Assembly: GCA_043228905.1 (NCBI GenBank)
Contig: JBHGNT010000018.1
Span: forward strand, 14,012,001-14,076,000
DNA length: 64,000 nucleotides
Reading direction: 5' to 3'
Source: Azolla caroliniana
Lineage: Eukaryota > Plantae > Polypodiophyta
Both the position numbers and the translations under genes were made by a program. Below are positions 1-14,027 of the stretch, one piece after another (the stretch's first letter is position 1; each line of letters begins with the position of its first letter). The notes beneath the pieces are model-generated. The model had not been told where the DNA came from, searched no databases, and saw only the letters and a list, made by a program, of their open reading frames with translations.

Positions 1-1652
1 AGGAGATTCAATGGGCCATTAACAACATTGTAATAGTAAGATAAGATTTACTTAATAAAGTTTTCCAAATTTAAGAGTCAAATTTATGAAAGTTTCTCAA
101 AATACACAACCCCAAGGTTTTTTGGAGTTCAAGCTTTATCAAAAATGATATTTGTCATACTCATAATTAATTTATGAGTTGATTTAACAATTATGCTTAC
201 ATTAGTCATTATCTACTTTATTATCATCATACATCTTGGTCTTTGATGATGTTCCCCCTTAATTTTAATTTAGGTAATCTTTGAATTACAATTAATGTTT
301 TTCTAAGAATATTGCTATTTTAGGAGGCTTTTGTTCATAAATTTATAGGTGTCTTTAAAGAGAACTTTACAACATTATCATTCATCATGGAATTTTTAAA
401 AATATATTATATCTACTTTTAGATATTTTTTGACAACTACAATTTTTCTTAAAGTTTTGTCCCTAGTATGCACTTTTTGTCAAAACTAAATTCTGTTAAC
501 CAATCCATTACTTTTAACCAATCAGTCCTAACTTTTGGTCGAAATTTAATACGATTAACTAGTCTACTTCACTACTTTTGGCCTATTAATCCTAACAATA
601 CATTGATTATATTCCCTTACCATAACTACTTCCCTCCCGACAAATATTTAAATGATGCTCATTTCTTTATTGATTGGATATTGGATGTTTTGAGTAATAT
701 TCAAAATAAAAGTTTATAACTAAAAGCATTTTACCAAGAATAACTCTTTATTGATAACCATATATATTTTTCAATTGAAAATGTAAAATAATAGAAAAGC
801 GCATGAGGAGGGAACATACCTTTGCAAATTTGTATCCGTGTATACTTGGTTATCACTTTCTTGTCATCCCCAAACATCAACAAATAATATTGAAGTAAAC
901 TAGATTTTGAATTGTTTTGTCATTCACCCATTATACAAAGATATGCTTTTTTGGGTCAATAAAAGATGCATCTTTCTTCACAAAACCATTTTTCTCTTCA
1001 ATTAAATCATTTAGAAACAAAAAGGTACATGACAAGCCAATGAAACTTACAAATATGTATTGGACTTCATTAGGTTCCATAAAGCTACAAATGTTAAGAT
1101 ATAAGCAAATACTATTTATTTAGAAAGAATTAAACTAGATTTTGAAGTTGTTCTTTCATTGATCCATGATGCAAAGACATGTGCTTTTCTTGGGGCAATG
1201 ATATGTATCAATCTTGTTTACAATAAATCGGTCTTCACATTTTCCTTCAAAGTTGTTGTCAGATTCTTTGGTTCACCATCAATGTTATTTTGATTTCTAA
1301 TGCATTTTATTGTCATTATAAAATGATTTTCTGTGAGACTTTTTTAATTGCCATATTCTAGAGTCGAGACATTAGTTTGGTTTGTTGTATTTCATAAATA
1401 ATGTTGTCCTAAGTATTGAATATCCGACAAAGATTTTCCTTTTTTAATATATATCTAAAACCTCGACTCCATGTAATGTTTGTACCACAAGGTGTTGCCA
1501 CTTTTACCTATGCTAATGGTTGGGTAATGGGTATATCATGTTCTTGTCACTGGAATAACCCATCACGAGTTCAACAGAGAGAGAAGTCAAAGATTGAATT
1601 CTAGGATTATAAATATGTTAATTGGTGATTGTATGGAAATACACAAGCTTGA

Positions 1653-4400
1653 TTGGAAAACAGATGCATAATTGATAATGTGTTGACCTTTTGGGAGGCG
1701 ATTGCCTTGGTAAAGAAAACCAATCAACATATTGCATGTCTCATGCTTGACTTCGAGAAGGCGTATGACAGAGTACAATGGTCTTTTTTAGATAAAGTGA
1801 TGGAGAGGTTGGGACTGCCCTCAAAATGGAGATCAGCTACGTTAGCCCTTTACGAAGGAAGTTTGAGTAGGGTGATGGTGTCAGGACATCGGGGCCCACC
1901 AATTCCATTATGCAAGTCTGTCAGGCTAGGGTGCTCGTTGGCCCCCTACCTTTATTTATTTATTGCAAAGCCATTCTCTTTCTTTTTAAACAAACCAAAT
2001 GCAGGAATAAGGGGATTAGTTGTCCCACATGCAAGCAAGGAGTTGTTGGACTCATCATACGCAGATGACACTATCCTCTATCTACAAGGCAATGACGATA
2101 ATTTATAGCATGTTGAAAGACAAATTGAGTTGTTTTGTAAAGCATCAGGAGGGAAAATCAATTGGAACAAAAGCAAAGGATTTTGGGTAAGTTCAAACCC
2201 ATGGCCTCTTTGGTGCCCTAATGTTGATTTTCAATGGGTACCCAATGGAATGGCTGTTAAATATTTGGGTTTTTTGGTGGGAGTTGAGACACCTAAAAAC
2301 CAGCAACTTGAGCAAGTGAAAGACAAAATCAGAAAAAAGCTTCGGTTACGGACATCAATAAAGCTTTCTCTTGCAAGTAGGGTGATCATGGTAAACCACA
2401 TTTTGTTAGCCACCATGTGGCACTCGGTGTCATGTTGGGTGTTAGACAAAACTTGCATCAAAAACAATAAGGCAATGATGAGAGGGTTCCTATGGTCGGG
2501 TAGAGATCACGAGACGGCATCACCTAAAGTAGCGTGGAGTTGTTTGATCAAGGCGAAAAACTAGGGTGGACTTGGGTTGGTGGACCCAGTTCACCAAAGT
2601 AAGGCTTTACTCGGTAAGCTACTTGTGCGAAGTTTACAACTTGGACCTGAATTGTGGAAGATGCTTCTTAGGGACAGAGCTGACCTTTGGTGTCCAAGGA
2701 ATGACGGCCCTTGGAAGGCAAAGATGTGGTGGTTGTTTAGTCCAGATCTAAAGATGAAAGTACCAGCTAGCATGGAGGAGGACAAGGTGGCATGTGCCAT
2801 AATGATGGCCTAGTCAAGTGTAAGAGAAGGGTTGGTCTTAATGCAACCGAAAACATTGGAGGAACAACTCCGACAACCGCTATTTTGGAACCCTAGGATT
2901 AGAAGCGAAGACGGCATGATGCTTGGACAGAAAAAATATTTGCCATGGGGGCGCATGTTAGGGTACAATGTTAGTTCAGTAAGAGATTGGGATGTTTTCA
3001 TAATGAAGAGGAATGAGGGTCAATTTGGTAGCATTTCTGGTAGGCTTGAGAAGGTGACCCAGTTGATAAACAAGGTTGTTGATGGTCTAGAAAGGTTGAA
3101 TAAGGAAGAGGGGGTTTGGTTTGGGCGGTTTGTAGGTGAGAGTGATGGACAAATTATCCGTGGCAAGTGCCCATCTAATGACTATCATTTGTGGGGAAAC
3201 CTAAGTGCTTTGTCCGCAATGGCCGGTGGTTGGCAATGCGGGTGGTAGTGTTGGAAGGTAAGAAGTGGCAAGTAAACCCGGACCCAAGGAAGCTAGATAA
3301 TGGTTGTAAACTATGGCTATTTGATAATAAGCCCCTACATGATTTGGAGTGGGATCCATTAGAGGTATGGTGGCAGAAACCGGGAACAAACAAACTAGAG
3401 GGGTTTTTTTATTATAATACTAAGCTTGGAAAGCAAATCATTGGCTCCAAATCAATGGGCGTTGCTCAAACTCACAATAGTTGGAGGGATAAAGGCATAT
3501 CAGATGACTTGTTGAAGTCGTCATGGAGGAGACTTTGGGCATTGGATATGCCAGAAAAAATAAAGGTTTGGTTTTGGCTTCTTAGTCATAAGGCGATACC
3601 CATAGGGGAGTGGATGAGGTATCGTGGTGGGGAGGCTGGTTGTAAGTTATGTGGTCACTCTTTGGAATCGATACCTCACTGTTTTTGGAACTATGCAGAG
3701 GCAATCAACTTTTGGGGTAGAAGTCTCAGGATAGTGGCAACATGCTGTGTGAATGGGAGAGTTGTGTGGGGGTCCTTACAGGGTTTGAAGCTAACTAGGG
3801 AAGGCTGGGCGGAACAACTAAATCCACATGGTCATGGATTTATAGTGTTGGGTGGCAGTGTATTCAAATGTGTTGGAGTGAAACCTAGTACAAACTCTGG
3901 TTTTTTGAGGAGATATGGATGTTGATGGCATGCTTCTCAGTCTGGCACATTTGGACCAGACAATGTATGTTTGTTTTTCAACAACGAAAACTCCCAAGCG
4001 GTGAAGTGTTGCTAAACATTTGGTTCGAGCTGGTATCTTGGCTGCGCAGACGATACAACTCAATTGAAGGGAACTCAGATGAAGCAGAAAGGGCTCGATC
4101 AAAGTTTTTGCTGAAATGGGGTCGTTCTCCTATGATGGTAAATTCAACGTCATGGCCTAAATGGAACTACCAAGCACCGAGATGGTTGTTCCCGTCATTG
4201 GTGTCCATTAGTGGAGAGAATATGTAATTATGTGGTTACCATGTAAAAAGAGTTAGCGGGATACTTTTGTTGTAAATAGCAGGGTGCGGATTATGCTTAG
4301 TTTTGTGTGGAGTAGTGTGAGTTTTGTTGATTATGGCTGAGCTTTGATGTACTTCGTTTGCTAACTAATGGGAAGTAGTGTTTTTCTTGGGAAAAAAAAA
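1653..4400 (+). mobile_element. 5'-truncated, degenerate L1-type LINE (RT C-terminal half, zf-RVT, 3' UTR, short poly-A)
   Basis: Collinear broken ORFs with LDFEKAYDRV, YADD, KYLG, K..W...C..K..GGLG and the C-terminal KIKVWFWLLSH...CKLC...ESIPHCF motifs. Stop at 4227, then a TG-rich UTR and an A9 tract at 4392-4400. No TSD found. Confidence 0.9.
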
Positions 4401-5861
4401 CATTAAATGGCATCAACCAATATTAGCATTGATGTTTAGTAATTTGTTGATATAGCATCAACAAGCATAGTAAGGTGTACCTACATGTGATCTTTGACAA
4501 TATTTATAGCCTCATTGTGTGATGTAATATGTACCATAAACATTATTTCTACATAGATCAACATGTTCACCTTCATCATCAATTTGACTTTTCAAAGTTT
4601 TATAATAACAAGAAAATAGTATCAATTCCACCAATCATATAAGGGCAATGGTCAAACTCCCTCTAAACTTCTATAATTAATATCAATTCTACCAATTGTA
4701 CAAAATAGTAACATAACTAAAGTGGTTTATGACAGTCTCACCATGACCATCCAATATAAGTCTAACTCTCTCTCTCCCTCTCTCTCTCTAGAAACAAAAG
4801 GAAGTTAATTGACAGTGTAAAAGACATCCCTTTGAATCATCTTTTCTCTCATTTTGATCTAAAATGGGGGTGATTCTAAATTTTCTCTTCTTAATTTCAA
4901 AATCTACATTCCTAGATTGGTGTGCTTACCCTTGAACCTCCATCTAGTAGGCGTTTCTTGAAACCTATCTCCCTAAATTACAAACCAATAGAAGAAACAT
5001 AGAAAGTTACATCTTCAATATAAATAGAAAATGAAAATGCATCAACATTTGGTAATATGTAAGGTTGGTATTTGTCTTCAATAGACTTTAAAAACAATCG
5101 AATCCGATTAGCTACCATTAATTATCGTCAAACATCAATACAAACTCTAGGAACTGTATCCCATTTAATATTTGAGGCACTTTGAATCAATTGTTCAAGT
5201 AGTTCAACTTGGTGACTTGCTTTTCTCTCATACCATTTAACCTTTTTTCTTTCCCTTGATACGATGTTGACTCTATGAATTCCAATGGTACAAACCAATG
5301 TCAATCCTCAACATTCCCCCATTAATTCTACGTAGGTTTAACATCTAATGTATGGCTCACCTTACATGTGCATTCTTGAATTTTGGGTGCTTTCAACTTT
5401 CAAGAATTTTCTTTACTCTTATTTGGATTCAATAAGTTCTCACACTTCTAATGAAATTTCCCTTTCATGGTGAAGGGAAGAACTGTCGAGTAATGTGATC
5501 AAGCCTAGATGCACAATGCTACAAAAATAAATTGAAATTCTAATTTTAAAATATTAGAATGTGGTTTCCTTAAGGTATTAGTTGCTTCTAACAAGATGTA
5601 GAGAAAAAAATGAAAATAGATGTCTGAAATATAGAAGATTTTTTATGTTCAGGTATGAATCATGATGATTTGCTTTTTAATAAAATAACTCAGTGGTCAT
5701 GTAAGTGTGTTGTTGTGACTTTGTATATAAAGATATTGAGTAAGCACATTTGATGTAAAGACATGGGTAAAGGATATTGACATCATCATATCTTTATTAG
5801 TTCGAAAATATTCTCACAATGTGGAATCAACCATATAAAAATGGCAACAACTAATAAAGAC

Positions 5862-6350
5862 AACATGCTCAAACTTTTTCTAGAAAATAAAAATGTCTAG
5901 AACTTCTAAGATTACTTTTTCTCTCCTTTTTATACACATGCAGATTTGGATGATGTCTTTGTATCATTGTTCGTTTAATGATATGTTGAGTGGGCCCATA
6001 TGGCATATGCCATGCTTGGCACATTTTTGTCGGCACATGCAACATAGAATATATGTCAATGACACATGATTCCTAGAGTCCTTTTTGGTGACACAAATGT
6101 CAAACCATGAGAGTTAATGAGCATAACATGCTCACAATAGTTTAAGAGATAAAAAAGTCTAGAATTTATAAGGTTGCTTTATACTCCTTTTTATACACAT
6201 GCAAATTTGTAAGATGTCTTTGATTCATTGTTGGTTTAATTATGACATATGTGTCTGGCAAGCCCATATGTCAAGCTTGGCACATTAGTTGTCACCACAT
6301 GCAATACTGAATATAGGTCAATGGCACATGTGTTTGAGAGTTCTTTTGGG
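5862..6350. repeat. Diverged tandem duplication, about 260-bp period
   Basis: Shared blocks aacatgctca...gtctagaa...ctcctttttatacacatgca...gatgtctttg...gcttggcacatt occur at about 5862-6090 and again at about 6125-6350. Confidence 0.7.
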
Positions 6351-6639
6351 TGAATGTAGGATATTATTTACATCTGAAATTACAAATGTATCATAAATTA
6401 CTCTTACTTACTTTCAAATATAATTAACCACACATTCATTTACAATGTTGCCCTTTGACGGCTAACATTGCTTGTCATGATAACGGTATTCCAAAAAAAA
6501 TGCCCTTCAAAAAGTAAATACATCGAATATTTGTACTAAACAATATATTATACCCTTCTATCCTTTGCATCTTTCCAAATTTCATATACACAATCCCATT
6601 GTATTTCTTCAATGTGTGGCCCATTCAATGAGACTCGCA

Positions 6640-7930
6640 TTAAATCATCTAAATGGTCTATATTCAATCAATTTCTTCTCATCATGCATAGTATAGCCTT
6701 CACAATTTGAACTTAAATTGTTAACAAACCTATAGAGTTCCATTTCACAAGCCTTTGCATCATGTAAAAATTGAAGACATGCATTGACACCGATATTTGG
6801 TTGTAAGTGAGAAATCAAAATCTATCCCTAATCACATCACCATCTGCATAATGGCATGGTCTGAATAATTTTGCTGCATTGAAGAGGCTTAAGTCAGGGA
6901 ACCTTGCATTTAGTCCATCAATAATCTTTTGCACATAAATTGTGTTTATATTTCAAACTGATTGTATTATAATAGTAAACAAAATGAATTAGAAGATGAT
7001 ATGTTTTTCTTTTCCTTGGAATTTGGAACATGAAGGATAACCACCTTTAACATGATGGGAAGAGAGTACTAATGATGATGAAGATGTATTATTACTCTCA
7101 GCAAGCTAGTAACATGGGATATACATCTTTGGATCAAAGGGATTGTGTGAGGTTGGTTCAGACTCCATTGGGACATCAATGGTGGTGGTGACACATGCTT
7201 CAACTCATGTTGTAAAGTGCACTTCATTCTAGAAAATTGTGATGCACACAAATTTTTATTGCAAGGTCATAGTCATGACTAAGGGTGAGGTTAGAAACAT
7301 CCTATACAACAAGGTCAAACATTGCCCATTAATGTGAGTGCACTTATATAACATTTCATTACTCCTAGTTTTATCATTCCATATGGATGTAAGTTTTTGT
7401 ACTTGATACAAATGGTGTGTTTCTAATACAAACAAAGTTACCATATGCTCAACTACAATTTCATCATCTTTCAAATAGCTTCATTTGCTAGTTGAGATTG
7501 GTACCCACCATCGAGATTAGATGCAACTTTCTAGAGAGAACAAGGTGGTTTACACAGTTATGACAAGATTTGGTGGGCTTTAATTCAAATGTGCTCCATT
7601 AATTGTGTGCTCACACGCAATGTTGAGTATGTTATCTTAACACGACTTTTCAAGATCAACCATGTCGTATAGTCATGCAATCAATGACCTTGGATTGCCT
7701 TGCCTCACTTTTGCATTTCCCCACAAGTTTTCTTGATCAAGTGGACAAATATAGAGCACTATGAAAAAGTGTCCAAACTTACCTACTCCAAATGCTTCAC
7801 TAAATATATCCATCATCTAACCGTTCTTCCACAAATGTTGGAGATCAAGCCTACCACAATCCACTCATCAATATACTAATAATGTACTTCCAGGTGCATC
7901 ATTTACACATGAAACATAAGGTTTTTCACT
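6640..7930 (-). pseudogene. Decayed hAT-superfamily (ZNF862-like) transposase remnant
   Basis: Manual minus-strand translation gives QKIIDGLNARFPDLSLFNAAKLFRPCHY (about 6850-6935) and AKACEMELYRFVNNL (about 6715-6760), plus a broken HCV-AH motif near 7605-7622. Many stops; ends not defined. Confidence 0.55.
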
Positions 7931-9852
7931 AATTGGTTCAAATTGGATTGTTGATGTGGATGTTAAGGTCAATCAAAATTCAATGAGCCAAAAAACTTCA
8001 CAAACAAACAATGTTGTTCCCTTATCTTCTTCCCCTATGTTTGACAAGGATTTGCTTTTCCCAAGGATGGTGGCAATAACTTCCAAATAGAAGGTGAAGC
8101 CCAATGTCAATCATCAATTCACATGGTTGATGTATTAGGCTTTGAGTTGTACTCTTTTTTCATTGAAGATGTCATGGTTTCCATTGCCACTAACGTATCA
8201 CATCACCCTCTTAGAGAATACAAATAAGGCTTATTAGGTATTTGTGCACAGAAGAAACTTTCTCAAGCACTAAATGTGATAGATCAAATGTGTTTCCAAC
8301 GAAGCAATCATGTGGTGTGACAGTGTGGAACTAGGCACCTATTAAGGAGATAAATGGTAGTCCATACCACCTCAACCCAATGCCACATTATCATGTTGCA
8401 ATGTAGTTTTGCCATTCTCCATACCATTTTGTTGTAATATGCATTAACATGTGTTTTTGTGGCAAATTCCCCATCAACATTGGATAGAGATGAAAGTTGA
8501 TGAAGGCAAGATAGTGAAGATATGCCTTTGTTAACCTCAACCGAACACCCTACATTCATTTTTTTGTATTTTGTATTTGGTAGATTTGATATTGTTGCAC
8601 TTAAGTTGTATTATCCTAGGAGATACATATGTTCAACACTTTAAATTCTAACTACTACATGGTGAAGTGAATTTCTAGTTGTGACGTGCTTTAAGTTATA
8701 TTTATCCGAAGAGAAAGGTCTCGTTTTATTGTCTATGAATTCCTAGTTAGAATTGGTCATATGTTTATTAATTTAAGTTTTTTTGTTTTGTTTTAACTCT
8801 CCACTTAGGTAGTCCATTGAATTGTACATTGGATATATGTGTTTTTTAATGTCATATAAAGGCAAGATTTGTTTTATTTTTCTTTCTAAGAAAAAACTCA
8901 TTCCATTAGTTCTAAAATCTTACAAATGAGAGTGGTATATACAAATCCCTGTAGGGATGCGATAGTTCTATCTTATGTGGATGCCCATTAAGTTTGCTTG
9001 CACATGCGAAGTTGTCCAAGATGTTTTGGGCTGAGGCGATGATGACGACGACCTATGTCATAAACAGATCACCCTCAACCCTCACCCACGTGCATGTTGC
9101 AAAGGACAAGAGAGCAAAATTGGATCCGAAGTTTCGTCCATGCATATTCCTTGAAAACGGTGATGATGAGTTTGACTATTGAGTGTGGGACTTGGTCGAC
9201 AAGAAGGTCTTCCGGAGTTGAGACATAGTCTTCATGGAAGACAAGACTATTGCCGATTGGGAGTCGGAGAAGAAGACAACGGACTCTGGGTCGACTGACA
9301 GAGATCGGTCGAAAGACACAAGGACCCATCCGGCCGTGAATCGGATGACACTTGAAGACCCTGCTGGAGCCGGACAAGAAACCAAATCGACTGAGGAAGA
9401 AGAATTGGACACCGAAATGGGACAAGACCCCGAATTGGATTCAAATGAAGAACAGTAGGAGGAACCAATGGTTGAAAACCAGGGAGGGAGATACCCTCTA
9501 ATAGAGAGAAGGACCCCCAGGTCATTTCTGGATGTAGAGCTGGAAAGCCTTGAGGAAGCAATGAGGAACACCCACAACTGCAAGTGGTTGAGTGTCATGC
9601 AGGATGAAATGGATTCCTTGGTATGAGAACCATACATATGAATTGACAGAGGTGCCGAAAGGAAAGAGAGCGCACCGGAACAAGTGGGTGTACAAGCTGA
9701 AACTGGGAGAGGCTGGAAATCCACCGAGGTACAAAGCCCACATCATGATGAAGGGCTTCTAACAGAAAAAGGGAGTGGATTTTGACGAGATATTTGCCCC
9801 GGTAGTCAAGATGGTATTTGTCAAGAAAGGGAAGGAGAACCTGGTGTGCCGG

Positions 9853-12078
9853 TGTCGCGAAAATACGACGAGGATACGTGAATGTTGAGGCAAGACCCCG
9901 GGGCCTTTGTCTAGAGGATATCAAATTCGTGTATTTATGTACTAAGAATTAACCGAAATGAGAAAGATTAACAAATTTCATTAATTAAAGGAAAAGAAAG
10001 ATTACAATCAATCCCAAGATTGGGATTACAAAAGTTTTATCTTATGGAGATGATTAGAATAATAGATTAGAGGAAATAAGAGATTATGATTCTTGAGTGC
10101 TATGGCTTTGACAAGGAATTTTGGATTTTGAGAGATTGCTTCCGTATGGAAATTATCGTTTGCTTGAGAGATAGCTTCCGTAGGGAAGATTAGGGTTATT
10201 GGCTTCGATAAGATAAGAGAGCTCCCCAAAGAAAAGAAAAAAAATTAAGATAATATGGAGAGTGAGTCCTAGTGTAGGAAGAAAAATGGAATAAATATGG
10301 AGTTCTCCCTTGATCATAGCTTTTCCACTTTTTGTTGCATGGCCTCTACTTTTAGTTGCCTAGCTTTTTCTTTTGGTTGCATGTGACTGTCCACATGACC
10401 TTTACTTTTTCCATGCACTCCTTTAGTTGCTTGTGTCCACATGGCCTTTACTTTAGTTCTCTTCACTTTACTTTAGTTTGTTGCATGATCCAATCTTTCG
10501 TCCGTCCGCGTCCAACCTCGTCCGGTAGCCGGTTCCATTTTGCTTGCCAGTCGGTTCCGGTTCCGATTTTGCTTGCCGGCCGGTTCCGGTTTGCTTGCCG
10601 GTTCCGGTTCTGGTTTTGCCTGTCGGCCGGTTCCAGTTTTGCTTACCGGCCGGGTTCCGGTTTGCTTGCCGGTTCCGATTCTGGTTTTGCCTGTCGGCCG
10701 GTTCCAGTTTTGCTTACCGGCCGGGTTCCGGTTTGCTTGCCGGTTCTGGTTCCGGTTTTGCTTACCGGCCGGTTTCCCTTGATCATAGCTTTTCCACGGG
10801 GCCTTTGTCTAGAGGATATCAAATTCGTGTATTTATGTACTAAGAATTAACCGAAATGAGAAAGATTAACAAATTTCATTAATAAAAGGGAAAGAAAGAT
10901 TACAATCAATCCCAAGATTGGGATTACAAAAGTTTTATCTTATGGAGATGATTAGAATAATAGATTAGAGGAAATAAAAGATTATGATTCTTGAGTGATA
11001 TGGCTTTGACAAGGAATTTTGGATTTTGAGAGATTGCTTCCGTATGGAAATTATCGTTTACTTGAGAGATAGCTTCCGTAGGGAAGATTAGGGTTATTGG
11101 CTTCGATAAGATAAGAGAGCTCCCCAAAGAAAAGAAAAAAAATTAAGATAATATGGAGAGTGAGTCCTAGTGTAGGAAAAAAAATGGAATAAATATGGAG
11201 TTCTCCCTTGATCATAGCTTTTCCACTTTTTGTTGCATGGCCTCTACTTTTAGTTGCCTAGCTTTTTCTTTTGGTTGCATGTGACTGTCCACATGACCTT
11301 TACTTTTTCCATGCACTCCTTCTTTAGTTGCTTGTGTCGACATGGCCTTTACTTTAGTTCTCTTCACTTTACTTTAGTTTGTTGCATGATTCAATCTTTC
11401 GTCCGTCCACGTCCAACCTCGTCCGGTAGCTGGTTCCATTTTGCTTGCCGGTCGGTTCCCGTTCCGATTTTGCTTGCCGACCGGTTCCGGTTTGCTTGCC
11501 GGTTTCGGTTTCGGTTTTGCTTGCCAGTCGGTTCCGGTTTGCTTGCCGGTTCCAGTTCCGGTTTTGCTTGCCGGTCGGTTCCGGTTTGCTTGTCGGTTCC
11601 GGTTCCGGTTTTGCTTGCCGGTTGGTTCCAATTTTGCTTACCGGCCGGGTTCCGGTTCCAGTTTTGCTTGCCGGCCGGTTCCGGTTCCGGTTTTGCTTGC
11701 CGGCCGGTTTCCGGTTTGCATACCCGTTCCGGTTCCGGTTTTGCTTGCCGGCCAGTTTCCGGATTTGGGGAATTTGGCCACCATCATCCATCAAGACAAA
11801 GTGGCCAAAGTGCTATTAGCACAAATGAAAAATGAGGGAGCTCAAGGTGTTTATATAGCCAAGGCCTTAACTTTCCTATCTATGTTGGATAGTTCTAATT
11901 TCCTTATCTAATCAAACTTTATTTTCTCATAACTTGATATGTATTTCTCCATTTTGTATATAGTAAAATACATTTTGAAGCTCTTGAGTATATCCATCTT
12001 TCTATAGTAAGCTACTAATCTAATCTATAATAATTATTTCATTATTTTTTTACATAGTGTGTGAAGATTCACATGACA
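9853..12078 (-). mobile_element. Solo LTR of family E with an internal ~900-bp tandem duplication
   Basis: TGTCGCGA...CATGACA termini and a 4-bp TSD CCGG (9849-9852, 12079-12082). Same family as the LTRs at 55136, 56392 and 63688; orientation taken from the PBS at 63662-63683. Confidence 0.92.
10525..10775. repeat. CCGG-rich minisatellite (ccggttccggttttgcttg-like units) inside the family E LTR
   Basis: Directly visible. Equivalent arrays lie at about 11425-11765, 55505-55795 and 57040-57285. Confidence 0.9.
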
Positions 12079-13814
12079 CCGGTTGAAGAAGAGCTGATAT
12101 ACGGATTGAAACAAGCTCCTCAACAATGGTACCAAAAGTTCGACTGCTTCATGAATGACCAAGGATACCACAAGATGTAGGCCGACCTTTGTGTGTTTGT
12201 GAGGAAATTTGACAGAAGCAACTTCGTGATACTCCTCCTATATGTGGACAACATGTTGATTGTCAAACCGAACCGAACCAAAATAAGGAATCTGAAGAAG
12301 GCCTTGAACCAAACTTTCTCAATGAAAGATATGGGTCCAACGAGACAGATATTGGGGATGCACATGGTTCGGGACCAGACGAAGAAGCAGTTATGGCCTT
12401 CACAGGAGAAGTACGTGGCTAAGGTGCTTCAAAGGTTCAGCCAATCGGGTTGACACTTCTGGAAAATTGCAAGCTGTTTGGAAAATAGAGCCCAATGACA
12501 AAGGTAGAGAAATCAGAGATGATGAAGATACCATATGCCTCTGCCATTAGAAGTTTGATGTACGCAATGGTGTACACATGACCGGATATCCGATAAGCAG
12601 TCAGAGTGGTGAGCCGGTTTATGAGCAATCTGGGCTGCTGTAAAGTGGATACTCCGGTACCTAAAAGGCACTTCGTGTATGTGCCTCCGATTCGGCTTTG
12701 ATAAACCCCTATTGGAAGGCTTCACCAATTCGAACATGTCGGCTGATGCAAGTAGTAGTTGGTCTACATCCGAATATGTCATGACATATGCAGAAGTTCA
12801 TTGCACTGTTGACAACGGACGCGGAGTACATGACAGACGTGGAAGCCGGCAAGGAAGTAATCTGAATGAAGGACTTCATCGGAGAGCTAGGGATCCAACA
12901 GAAGGAATTCCGGCTCTACTGCGACAATCAAAGTGCCATCCACCTCGCAAAGAATGTGGCCTACCACTCCTGGACCAAGCACAGCCAGAGGAGACATCAC
13001 TGGCTTCGGGAGAAGGTAGAAGATAAAGAGTCTTCGCTGATGAAGATCCACATGGAGGAGAATGACTCGGACATCTCACCAAGGTATTGTTAGCTGACAA
13101 GCTGGACACATGTCGGAAATGGATTGGATTGACAAGAAATCCCATGCCGGAGTTAAGGGGGAGTTTGTTCGGAATTCGGTCCCTCCGGATGGGATACGGA
13201 TAAGAATAGGACAAGCCAGATTGGACGAGCCGAAGGAAAGAACCAGACCAGATGGATCTAGAAGATATCCGGAAACCGGATCAAATGGATCCGATTGGTA
13301 TCCGATCAGACATTACTAGATGTATATCTTCCGATGTGACCGTTTCAGGTCATATTTGTAAATAGCCCTAAAGTTATATAAGGATAAATATAACTAGGGC
13401 AACAATGTTCAATAGGTTGTTGTTATCATTATTGATGTACAGAGACACATCAAGTTCTCTATTGTAACCGTCAGTTGGCGAAGATAGAACTCAAGGTCGT
13501 TGCCTCCAAGTCTCCTGTTGTACCCTTCCTCTCATAGTGATAGTTGGAGTTTGTGAGATCCCGTGGTTTTTCTAATCATGGTTTCCCACGTTAATATCCT
13601 ATGGCGTCTCGTCTATAGTGCGTAAGTGCATTCATATACTTTCTGATTATTTCTTCCATCTTGTGTTTGAGACTCTATTGTGGCCGAGCACTATAATTTC
13701 CTTGCAAATTCTACAAAGCCCATATAAATGGAAAGTTTGGAAATAAAAAGGGTTTTAGTTTTTCAACTTTATATTTCAGTTATCTACCATTTCATACTCC
13801 AACTATCTACAATA

Positions 13815-13975
13815 TGTTGAAAGGGGGTAAATAATATATGTTGTCTTCATCTTTGTCTATATATTTCTTCTATTTGATTCTTAAGTTGATTGATAGGCAA
13901 TAAGATATAGAAGGGTTAACATATATTGAAATCTTTGTAATGAGGTTAGGGCTAATATAGGAAAACACAAAGATA

Positions 13976-14027
<52 letters not shown>

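Larger units (their letters stand above)
8975..13706 (+). mobile_element. Degenerate Ty1/Copia (Tnt1/Tork-like) 3' part: integrase end, RT, RNase H, PPT, 3' LTR; split by a solo LTR
   Basis: Motifs FWAEA, KLDPK, LLLYVDNML and LYCDNQSAIHLAKN. PPT taagggggagtt at about 13154-13165. LTR starts TGTT at 13166 and probably ends ...TGCA at 13706. The reading LVCRLKKS is restored across the 9853-12078 insert. Confidence 0.85.

Noticed and set aside
10356-11911. ORFs of 80-193 aa rich in RFRF/PVPV (also 55425-55978 and 56986-57407)
   Set aside because: Translations of the stop-poor CCGG minisatellite in the E LTR.
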